A stretch of 12,462 nt of DNA from Verrucomicrobiota bacterium (GCA_033762115.1 JANRLX010000051.1:1-12462), one strand, 5' to 3'. Shown: positions 1 through 6,885, counted from the stretch's first letter. Notes: a model not told the origin generated them from the sequence alone. Numbers and translations are program-made.

Positions 1-704
1 CCGCCGCCGCCAAATCCTCCCCCACCACCCCAGCCGCTCCATCCTCCACCATGCCAGGTTGATCTTCCTCCACGCCTGTAAAGAGTCCCTCTTTTTTCAT
101 GCTTGAGAGCCGAAATCACAATAAAAAGCAGAATGAGCAACCCCACATAGCCCATGGGACCGGTCTGGCGGCGCTGCTGGTTCTGCGCAACGGTTCGCCC
201 GCTCCCGCTGTATTCGCCACGGGCTGCCGAAATCAATGCAGTAATCCCCGCACGAATGCCTGCTTCAAATTTCCCCTGCTTGAATTGCGGAACAATCTCC
301 CCCTCAATGATGCTTTTGGCGGTAATGTCCGGAATCGCTCCCTCCAACCCATATCCTACCTGGATGAACATCGTTCGATCCTGCACAAAAACAAAAAGCA
401 CCACCCCATTGTCCTGCTGTTTCTGCCCCACTCCCCAGCTTTCCGCCACCCGTTGAGTATAATCCTCGATTGAGGAATCGCTTTCCATCCTGGGATAGAT
501 CGCGACGATGATTTGCGAGGAACTCGCTTTTTCAAACTGCTCCAGCACCCCGTTCAGCTCCTGCTCGACGGTTGGCGAGATCAGATTGGCATAATCATTA
601 AGATAGCGGTTCGGTTTGGGCGGAAGCTTTTCCGCGCCATGCACGGAACCGGTCAGCAGCAACAGGGTGAGAACCCACCCCAGAAAATGGGTCATGCATT
701 TCAT
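1..704 (-). CDS. TPM-domain (YgcG/DUF477-like) membrane protein, 3' end truncated by the window edge
   Basis: Not in the ORF track (no stop in the window); translated by hand from ATG 704: MKCMTHFLGWVLTLLLLTGSVHGA (signal-like), EKLPPKPNRYLNDYANLIS...IEDYTQRVAESWGVGQKQQDNGVVLFVFVQDRTMFIQVGYGLEGAIPD (TPM motifs), a TM segment (GYVGLLILLFIVISAL), then a Gly-rich tail (GGGWSGWGGGGGFGGG). The start overlaps the cobA/hemD stop (ATGA, 701-704). Confidence 0.9.
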   Translation of the reverse strand, partial: MKCMTHFLGWVLTLLLLTGSVHGAEKLPPKPNRYLNDYANLISPTVEQELNGVLEQFEKASSSQIIVAIYPRMESDSSIEDYTQRVAESWGVGQKQQDNGVVLFVFVQDRTMFIQVGYGLEGAIPDITAKSIIEGEIVPQFKQGKFEAGIRAGITALISAARGEYSGSGRTVAQNQQRRQTGPMGYVGLLILLFIVISALKHEKRGTLYRRGGRSTWHGGGWSGWGGGGGFGGG

Positions 705-2233
705 GGACGTTTGCGTGACTGCTTGAGAACGCTGTCGATCATTCCTGCGATGGTATGGGTACGGGCTTCGACGGAAGGTTCCAGACCCAATGCCTTCAAT
801 GCCTTCGAAGTTTCCGGCCCTATGCTTACGGTTTTTAATTCAGGGAATTTTTTGAGCAATCCGGCCAGCGGAATCCGCGCGTTAAAATTTTCCACCGTCG
901 AACTGCTTGTAAAGGTGATCCACTCCGCGCCTGTATCCATCAGTCGCGCTACCGCGCCATTGAGATCATCGGTGGAAGGAACGGTTTTGTAGGAGGCCAC
1001 GTCATCCACAATAGCGCCCATTTCCTCCAGTTTCCTGGGGAGATCACGGTTCGCCACCTCAGCCCTCATCAACAAAACCCGAAGGTTTTCCACGCTTTCC
1101 TCCGCTGCCATGGCTTCCGCCACCTTGCCTGCGACATATTCTTCAGGCATGACATCCACTTTCAGGTGGAGTTCCTTCAATTTTGCTGCCGTTGCTGGAC
1201 CGACTGCGGCGATGCGCACCCCACCCAGATCACGAAGATCATCGAAGACCTTGAAGAAATAATCGAAAAAGGTCGTGACCCCGTTCGGGCTGGTGAAAAC
1301 AATCCAGTTGTACTCATGCAGGCCCAGCAAGGCATCTTTCAAATCCTCCTTGCGGTCTGGGGCGGTGATTTGAATCGTGGGAATTTCCAGAACATCTGCG
1401 CCCAATTCGTTGAGCCTGGCTGTTAATTCACTCGACTGCTCCCGAGTCCGTGTAACCACCACCCGCTGTCCGAAAAGAGGACGTTTCTCGAACCAATTCA
1501 AATTCTTTCGCAGCTTCACCACCTCACCCACCACGGTTATTGCAGGGGAACCAAACCCGGTTTCCTTTACTCGTGCCCCTATGCTTTCAAGGGTTCCCTG
1601 GATGGATTGCTGTTTTCCGGTGGTCCCCCAGCGGACCATTCCCACAGGTGTTTCAGGAGGCATTCCATGCTCAATTAATTTCTCAGCGATCTGCTCGATT
1701 CGTTCCACAGCCATCAGAATGATTTTTGTGCCGCGGTCTTTTGCCAGGTGCGCCCAATCCAGGTTGCTGCTCCCTTTCGTGGGGTCTTCATGTCCCGTTA
1801 ATACCGTGAAGCTCGAGCAGAAATCACGATGTGTGATTGGAATCCCCGCGTAGTTGGTCGCTGCGGTGATTGAGGAGACACCGGGCACGACTTCAAAAGG
1901 GATGCCCGCCTGCGCCAGTTCCTCAGCTTCCTCGCCCCCCCGACCAAAAATATAAGGATCGCCACCTTTTAACCGGACAACGATTTTACCCTCCCGCGCT
2001 TTCTTAACCAGCAACTGATTTAATTCCTCCTGAGGGATGGCGTGGTCTTTGGAACGTTTTCCGCCATAAATCAACTCTGCGGATTTTGGGGCAAGGCGCA
2101 GAAGATCCTGATTGACCAATGCGTCGTAAACAACCACTTCAGCGCGTTTAAGCAATTCCGCCCCTCGCAATGTAAACAAACCGGCATCCCCCGGCCCGGC
2201 GCCAACGAGATAAACCGTCCCAATCTTTTCCAT
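701..2233 (-). CDS. cobA: Fused uroporphyrinogen-III C-methyltransferase / uroporphyrinogen-III synthase (CobA-HemD)
   Basis: N-half has VYLVGAGPGD, VRLKGGDPYIFGRGGEEA, VVPGVSS, GIPITHRD, TGHEDP. C-half is HemD-like: LFGQRVVVTR, WIVFTSPNGV, AAVGPATA, FTSSSTV, SIGPETS. Start set at ATG 2233 (MEKIGTVYLV, 510 aa) rather than 2317, because the extra 28 codons cross a terminator and a promoter. Confidence 0.95.
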   Translation of the reverse strand: MEKIGTVYLVGAGPGDAGLFTLRGAELLKRAEVVVYDALVNQDLLRLAPKSAELIYGGKRSKDHAIPQEELNQLLVKKAREGKIVVRLKGGDPYIFGRGGEEAEELAQAGIPFEVVPGVSSITAATNYAGIPITHRDFCSSFTVLTGHEDPTKGSSNLDWAHLAKDRGTKIILMAVERIEQIAEKLIEHGMPPETPVGMVRWGTTGKQQSIQGTLESIGARVKETGFGSPAITVVGEVVKLRKNLNWFEKRPLFGQRVVVTRTREQSSELTARLNELGADVLEIPTIQITAPDRKEDLKDALLGLHEYNWIVFTSPNGVTTFFDYFFKVFDDLRDLGGVRIAAVGPATAAKLKELHLKVDVMPEEYVAGKVAEAMAAEESVENLRVLLMRAEVANRDLPRKLEEMGAIVDDVASYKTVPSTDDLNGAVARLMDTGAEWITFTSSSTVENFNARIPLAGLLKKFPELKTVSIGPETSKALKALGLEPSVEARTHTIAGMIDSVLKQSRKRP

Positions 2234-2238
2234 GCAGC

Positions 2239-2268
2239 AGTTTAAACCGGAGTGACTGCTGCTTGCAA
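2239..2268 (-). promoter_or_regulatory. Candidate sigma70 promoter for cobA/hemD, likely leaderless
   Basis: Minus strand TTGCAA (2268-2263), 18 nt, TAAACT (2244-2239), 5 nt, ATG 2233. No Shine-Dalgarno-like sequence. Overlapped by an 8-bp perfect inverted repeat (2234-2241 / 2255-2262). Confidence 0.55.
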
Positions 2269-2275
2269 TCACGCC

Positions 2276-2314
2276 AAAGAAAAAGGCGGCCTGAATCACA
2301 CGAAATGCCGCCTT
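2276..2314 (-). terminator. Intrinsic terminator downstream of ald
   Basis: Minus strand stem AAGGCGGC / GCCGCCTT (2314-2307 / 2290-2283), 16-nt loop, running into TTTTTCTTT (2284-2276). Confidence 0.7.
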
Positions 2315-2460
2315 CATCCTGTGTCGCAGCGGATTTCTCCCCGCTGGTCACGCATGTCGGATCAACTTCTGATCCATACCGCACTGCAACATCACTTGTT
2401 TCAATTTCTTTTCCAGAGCAGGAAATCACTGGAAACAGCCACGTGATTTCCCTGACATCG

Positions 2461-3564
2461 CTAATTGCAATGAGGCGCGGTAAATGTCAGCCCATGGGCC
2501 TCGGCAACCGGTTTGTAAGTCACTTTGCCCTCCTGGACATTGATACCGGTCATCAGGGCGGGGTTCCGCTCGCACGCTTCATGCAGGCCATGATCTGCAA
2601 GCAACTCGATGTAACGATAAGTAATATTGGTCAGCGCCTGGGTGGCCGTACGGGCATACGCCGCAGGCATATTCGCCACACAATAGTGGGTCACTCCCTC
2701 CTCGACGAAAATAGGATCATGATGGGTGGTGGGGCGCGATGTTTCCGCGCAGCCACCCTGGTCAATGGCGATGTCCACCAGGACGCTTCCGGGACGCATC
2801 TGCCTGAGCATTTCCCGTTTGATCAGGCGTGGGGCCTTGGCGCCGGGAACAAGCACCGCACCGATCAGCAGGTCGACATGCGGCAGAAGCTCCATCAGAT
2901 GAGATTCATTTGAGTAAAGGGTGTGCGCTGCGTGAAGGGTGATGTCCAGGAAGCGCATCCGATCCAGATCCACTTCAAGGATGGTCGTGTCAGCGCCCAG
3001 GCCGGTTGCTATACGCGCAGCATTCACCCCGCTGACACCGCCACCCAGGACAACCACTTTCCCCGGAAGAACTCCGGGGACCCCGCCAAGTAACACCCCG
3101 CTGCCATTGCAATGCTTGGCCAGATAGTAACCGCCCACAATCACCGACATCCGTCCGGCAATTTCACTCATTGGTTCCAGCAACGGAAGCCTGCGGTTGA
3201 CTTCGATGGTCTCGTAGGCAATGGCAGTCACTCCTGAACGAATCAGTGCCTCGGTCAAGGTGCGGTTCGGGACGAGATGAAGATAGGTAAAGAGGATTTG
3301 TCCGGGGCGGAGGAGACCATACTCAGCAGGAAGCGGTTCCTTGACCTTGATGATGAGTTCCGCTTTCTCAAATACAGTTTCATGCGCATCGATGATCTGG
3401 GCACCTGCCTGCGCGTACTCGGCATCCGGATAACCGGAGCCAAGACCCGCATTTCGTTCGACCAGCACACGATGTCCCCGCTGGATCAGTTGATAGGCAG
3501 CGGAAGGAAGAAGGCCCACCCTGAACTCCTGCTCTTTGATTTCTTTTGGAACCCCGATGATCAT
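2461..3564 (-). CDS. ald: Alanine dehydrogenase
   Basis: 367 aa: MIIGVPKEIK, IIKVKEP, LFTYLHL, AYETI, PLLEPMSEIAGR, GVLLGGVPGV, VLGGGVSG NAD-binding loop, VDIAIDQGGC, HYCVANMP. Confidence 0.97.
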   Translation of the reverse strand: MIIGVPKEIKEQEFRVGLLPSAAYQLIQRGHRVLVERNAGLGSGYPDAEYAQAGAQIIDAHETVFEKAELIIKVKEPLPAEYGLLRPGQILFTYLHLVPNRTLTEALIRSGVTAIAYETIEVNRRLPLLEPMSEIAGRMSVIVGGYYLAKHCNGSGVLLGGVPGVLPGKVVVLGGGVSGVNAARIATGLGADTTILEVDLDRMRFLDITLHAAHTLYSNESHLMELLPHVDLLIGAVLVPGAKAPRLIKREMLRQMRPGSVLVDIAIDQGGCAETSRPTTHHDPIFVEEGVTHYCVANMPAAYARTATQALTNITYRYIELLADHGLHEACERNPALMTGINVQEGKVTYKPVAEAHGLTFTAPHCN

Positions 3565-3579
3565 AAGACCCTGCGGCTG

Positions 3580-3608
3580 AATTTACGGTGAGGCATCAGG
3601 AGGGTCAA
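3580..3608 (-). promoter_or_regulatory. Candidate sigma70 promoter for ald
   Basis: Minus strand TTGACC (3608-3603), 17 nt, TAAATT (3585-3580), 15 nt before ATG 3564. Confidence 0.7.
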
Positions 3609-3637
3609 CGTGGTTTAAAAGTATCGCCGTTTCTTTC

Positions 3638-3663
3638 TAAGGATATTCCTGAGTTTTCCTGAG
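3638..3663. promoter_or_regulatory. Candidate LuxR/NarL-family (RcsAB-box-like) binding site between ald and the PEP-CTERM gene
   Basis: TAAGGATATTCCTG (3638-3651) matches the RcsAB box consensus TAAGAATATTCCTA at 12/14; TTCCTGAG is repeated with a 10-bp period (3646-3653, 3656-3663). Confidence 0.4.
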
Positions 3664-3770
3664 GGAGGGGGCGCAGTGACATCAAGCAATTTCCCTAACC
3701 TCTTTCCAGCTTTGCTCTCTCTTTCGAAGAACATCGATGTGGAGAATGTTTCCACGGGATTGGTTACGCT

Positions 3771-4472
3771 ATGAACAGCTGCATTTTGAAATTTGGAATG
3801 GCGGGCGCAGTGTCGATTATGGTGACCAGCGACGCAGCACCCAGGTGGGCTTACAACGAAGAGTTAATTTATCCGCCGTCGCAGGTTGGAGAGTTTGCCC
3901 ACCGGGAACCGGGCGGAGGCACTTACTTGCCGGGAATCGGTTATAGGGCAGAGGAGAGTATTTGGGTGACAGGATTTCGGTCGGTTTTTGAAGTTTCCAG
4001 CGAAGATCTGTCCACGCATTCTTTTGGTTTAACGATCAATACGCGTGACGCGTTTCTTGAGAGCGGCACAGGGTTCCAAATTGAGATGAGTCTGGGGGAT
4101 AGCGGGTTCGAGGTGGAGCGTTACCATCTCCAAAGTGAATTTGATAATAAGCATGTCATTACCTGGACGTTGGCAACACCGTTTCGACTGGAGGGGGGAG
4201 AATCGTACTTGTTTTCCCCTTACATGAACGGGGTCATTGATCGGGGAGTGATGGCAAGCAATGCCCGGATTCTCTACAGCGATTCCCCTTTTAAGGGGGG
4301 CGACCAGGATGTTTATCTTCGAAATGGAATCGCAGCGGATACGTTTCAACCGTTTGCGGCTGATATCAGGCTGGATGTGAGTCCTCCGACAGGAATTCCG
4401 GAACCTTCCACCTGGGTGCTTATGGGAGCTGGATTGGCCCTCTTGGGGTATCGGTGGAAGTTCCCCCGCTGA
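3771..4472 (+). CDS. PEP-CTERM sorting domain protein, passenger domain of unknown function
   Basis: 233 aa. C-terminus IPEPSTWVLMGAGLALLGYRWKFPR is PEP motif + TM helix + basic tail. N-terminus is a plausible signal peptide (MNSCILKFGMAGAVSIMVTSDA). Confidence 0.9.
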   Translation: MNSCILKFGMAGAVSIMVTSDAAPRWAYNEELIYPPSQVGEFAHREPGGGTYLPGIGYRAEESIWVTGFRSVFEVSSEDLSTHSFGLTINTRDAFLESGTGFQIEMSLGDSGFEVERYHLQSEFDNKHVITWTLATPFRLEGGESYLFSPYMNGVIDRGVMASNARILYSDSPFKGGDQDVYLRNGIAADTFQPFAADIRLDVSPPTGIPEPSTWVLMGAGLALLGYRWKFPR

Positions 4473-4481
4473 TCGAGAAGA

Positions 4482-4592
4482 ACTGGGAACTGGGAATTAG
4501 TGGGAAAAGGTGACTCTATCTCCCTCCCCTAAGGGAGGCGCTCTTCGAACAGGCCGGGATTAAGTGGGAAGCAAAGTGGGAAATAGTGGGAA
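4482..4592 (+). repeat. Six short direct repeats A(G/C)TGGGAA in two triplets (MraZ-operator-like)
   Basis: TGGGAA at 4484, 4491, 4501 and 4565, 4577, 4587, each preceded by AC or AG, in a 136-bp convergent intergenic region. Confidence 0.8.
4523..4538. terminator. GC-rich hairpin between convergent genes (possible terminator or REP-like remnant)
   Basis: CCTCCC-CTAA-GGGAGG, 6-bp stem with 4-nt loop; no adjacent U-tract on either strand. Confidence 0.35.
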
Positions 4593-4608
4593 TTGACGAC
4601 CTTCGCCC

Positions 4609-5100
4609 CTATTCCATAACGGTAAAGCTGGCATTCTGAATCGAGAACCTCTGAGGCATCAGTGGTAATGGAAGTGGTTGAGTGTCAACATCCAGCGAAT
4701 CACTCGCGGAAAAATTCACCAAACCTGCGGGGTTGGCAAAATGAGCCTTTAAAAAGGGGCCAGGCTGAAGTGTTGTTGGATCAGGAGTAGCTGCGAGCCA
4801 ACCACTTGCAGATGCGCGATTCAGGCCTTCACCATCATTTTCCAGGTACTGGGCGAGACGGAACCCTGCCAGGAGCAAAGAGGAGATGGTAAAGCCATAG
4901 GCGCAGGCCAGAAGCGGCTTGGCGTCGAAACGGGCGACCAGCAATTCCCACAAGTTACGCGGCTCCGGTTTGTAACGGAGGTCTATCTGGGTAATGACCC
5001 GGTGCGGAAGGCGTTCGTGAAAACCTGGAGGAGGTTGTTCGTGCCTTTTCAGTGCGAGAAGCCGCTGCAAATCCTTGAAATCTTCACCGTCCGAACTCAT
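4609..5100 (-). CDS. Hypothetical single-TM protein, putative anti-sigma factor
   Basis: ATG 5100 lies 2 nt after the sigma factor stop (MSSDGEDF..., 163 aa). Short N-terminal region LQRLLALKRHEQPPPGFHERL, then a hydrophobic segment (LLACAYGFTISSLLLAGF). The anti-sigma role is inferred from position and topology only. Confidence 0.7.
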   Translation of the reverse strand: MSSDGEDFKDLQRLLALKRHEQPPPGFHERLPHRVITQIDLRYKPEPRNLWELLVARFDAKPLLACAYGFTISSLLLAGFRLAQYLENDGEGLNRASASGWLAATPDPTTLQPGPFLKAHFANPAGLVNFSASDSLDVDTQPLPLPLMPQRFSIQNASFTVME

Positions 5101-5102
5101 GA

Positions 5103-5744
5103 CTATTTTAAGTAATCCAAAAGATGGCCCTGAAGTTGTTGCCTGGCATAGAAAAGTCGGGAGCGAACAGTGCCAGTATTGCAATCCATGATTTTGCTGA
5201 TTTCATCGTGTGACAGGCCCTGAATATCATGCAAAGTGATGACCAATCTGTGTATTTCTGACAGCTTTTGCATTCCCTCGTTCAACTTTTGCTGGAGTTC
5301 AGAAAGGTTGAGATCGCGGCGAGGAGTTTTTTCAGAGACGAGGGCAACTAGATCAGGGTCGTTCTCGGCATTAAAGTCGAGGTCGTTCAGGCTAAAGCTC
5401 AGTCTATTTTTGCGTTGCTTGAGAAAATTGATCGTTTTGTTAACGGCGATTCGATAAATCCATGTAAAAAAGCTGGAATCACCCTTGAATGATTTGATGG
5501 CCTTGAAACCTTTAATGAAAGCTTCCTGGGTAAGATCGCTGGCGTCCTCATGATTGGAGGTCATGTGGTAAAGAGTGGCGTAAATTCTTTCCTGGTAACG
5601 CCTTACGAGTTCGTCGTAAGCCGAAAGATCACCAGTCTGAGCCTTCTCCACCAAGGAGCGGTCTGACGGCAGGACGGTGATGGGAGGGACGGGTGGAGCC
5701 TGTTCCGCCAGAGCAATGGGAAGTTTTTGCAGTGTCATGGCCAT
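5103..5744 (-). CDS. ECF-family sigma70 factor (RpoE-like)
   Basis: 213 aa. Region 2: GDLSAYDELVRRYQ, DASDLTQEAFIK, FKGDSSFFTWIYRIAVN. Region 4.2: LHDIQGLSHDEISKIMDCNTGTVRSRLFYAR. Starts 2 nt after the polyprenyl synthase stop. Confidence 0.95.
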   Translation of the reverse strand: MAMTLQKLPIALAEQAPPVPPITVLPSDRSLVEKAQTGDLSAYDELVRRYQERIYATLYHMTSNHEDASDLTQEAFIKGFKAIKSFKGDSSFFTWIYRIAVNKTINFLKQRKNRLSFSLNDLDFNAENDPDLVALVSEKTPRRDLNLSELQQKLNEGMQKLSEIHRLVITLHDIQGLSHDEISKIMDCNTGTVRSRLFYARQQLQGHLLDYLK

Positions 5745-5746
5745 AC

Positions 5747-6793
5747 CTATGAAACCCCCAAGGCCTCTGTTTGTTGCAGTAAAAATCCACCTAAAGCATT
5801 CAGGGGTGCAACTCCGGAATTCTGCGGCAGTTGTCCCAGCAACTCTTGAGCTTGATGAATGGTTTTAAAAATAACGATCCTTGAACGATTTAGAGCCTCG
5901 TAACGTTCAAGAAGTTCAAAAATTTGTGGAAAATAATTTGAGTCCCAGTCCTGAAGGAGTTCAGTGATGAGCGTGCGTTCAGCAGCGGAGGCTGATTCAA
6001 GAACAAAGAGCAAAGGCAGGGTGAGTTTGCCACTGGCGAGATCAGTCCCGAGAGATTTTCCTACAAGAGCTTCGCTTCCAAAGACATCGAGACAATCATC
6101 GTAGACCTGGTAAGCCGTTCCAAGGAGGAGGCCAAACTCGCGGAGGGTTTGGCGCTGAACCGGATTTGCGCCACCCAGCAAAGCTCCGAGATCACAGGCA
6201 AGAGCAAAGAGCTCACCGGTTTTCATTTCAACTGCCTTGAAGTAATCGGGGAATGAGAGGTCAAATCGGCGGCGTTGATTGGTTTGAAGAATTTCGCCAG
6301 TGCAAACGCGGTTTGTGGCAATGGCTACGGCGCGGCAAATTTCAGGAGTGGGAAAACTGGCTGCAAGGGCGACCGCATGGGCAAAAAGGCAATCACCCAG
6401 GAGCACGGAAATTTCATTTCCCCAGTTGCGGGCGAGGGTTGGGCGTGAACGGCGGACTTCCGCTTCGTCCATAATGTCATCGTGAACGAGGGTGGCGAGA
6501 TGAACCATCTCGATGATGACAGCGACCTTGACGAGCGATTCGGAAGGTTTGCTGAAGGCAGCACCGCTCAAACCCACAAGAACCGGGCGCAGTTGCTTGC
6601 CCTGATTTGTCAGAGCGTAACGAGCGTAGGAGGCGATCTCAGGTTCGAATGCTTCGACCTGGGCGTTAAGCGAGAGAGCCACCTGGTCAAGAAAAGGGCT
6701 GACAGGTTCGATAATCTGCTTCCAGCCACGAAGAGTGGGAGACAGATTGCCAATTGCGGGACCAGAACCCGCATCGCTTACACTAACCAGCAT
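5747..6793 (-). CDS. trans-polyprenyl diphosphate synthase (IspB-like, probably medium/long chain)
   Basis: 348 aa: GKQLRP, FARM HLATLVHDDIMD followed by RR, LLGDCL, KTGELF, SARM AYQVYDDCLD, GKSLGTDLASGKLTLP. Ala at -5 before FARM fits long-chain products. Confidence 0.93.
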   Translation of the reverse strand: MLVSVSDAGSGPAIGNLSPTLRGWKQIIEPVSPFLDQVALSLNAQVEAFEPEIASYARYALTNQGKQLRPVLVGLSGAAFSKPSESLVKVAVIIEMVHLATLVHDDIMDEAEVRRSRPTLARNWGNEISVLLGDCLFAHAVALAASFPTPEICRAVAIATNRVCTGEILQTNQRRRFDLSFPDYFKAVEMKTGELFALACDLGALLGGANPVQRQTLREFGLLLGTAYQVYDDCLDVFGSEALVGKSLGTDLASGKLTLPLLFVLESASAAERTLITELLQDWDSNYFPQIFELLERYEALNRSRIVIFKTIHQAQELLGQLPQNSGVAPLNALGGFLLQQTEALGVS

Positions 6794-6801
6794 TACGGCT
6801 G

Positions 6802-6830
6802 AATGTACGGGGCTGTAAAAACCAAGTCAA
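6802..6830 (-). promoter_or_regulatory. Candidate sigma70 promoter for the polyprenyl synthase-sigma-anti-sigma operon
   Basis: Minus strand TTGACT (6830-6825), 17 nt, TACATT (6807-6802), 8 nt, ATG 6793. Confidence 0.7.
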
Positions 6831-6885
6831 ACGGCTTATGGCCCCCCAAAAGGGGGATGAGGTTCGATAATGGAATAAGCAGGAG

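Noticed and set aside
91..100. A6 run (minus strand) in the TPM gene as a possible frameshift
   Set aside because: The frame is continuous through it (K-H-E-K-R-G) into the expected Gly-rich tail.
99..992. Plus-strand ORFs 99-473, 154-456, 513-992
   Set aside because: Antisense shadows of the TPM and cobA/hemD genes, with no recognisable motifs.
2234..2317. 28-aa N-terminal extension of CobA in the ORF track
   Set aside because: It runs through the terminator and predicted promoter; family similarity starts at MEKIGTVYLV.
2234..2460. Cobalamin, SAM, glycine or c-di-GMP riboswitch upstream of cobA
   Set aside because: No conserved core motifs of these classes were recognisable by eye; kept only as an unclassified structured region.
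2148..2913. ORFs 2148-2429 (-), 2252-2446 (+), 2263-2913 (+)
   Set aside because: They overlap real genes or hairpins, have no family features, and are likely spurious.
3738..3756. Inverted pair of DnaA-box-like 9-mers (TGTGGAGAA, GTTTCCACG) as oriC
   Set aside because: Only two imperfect boxes, no clear AT-rich unwinding element and no dnaA or dnaN nearby; insufficient despite the skew change.
4482..4592. CRISPR array or VNTR
   Set aside because: Repeats are only 8 bp with irregular short spacing; no cas genes.
5101..5184. Longer start for the putative anti-sigma gene
   Set aside because: It would overlap the sigma gene by 82 nt; ATG 5100, 2 nt after the stop, is more plausible.
6834..6880. 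CCCCC-AAAA-GGGGG hairpin (6843-6856) and GCTTAT/ATAAGC arms as the isomerase terminator
   Set aside because: Short homopolymer stem with no adjacent U-tract; possible but not supportable.
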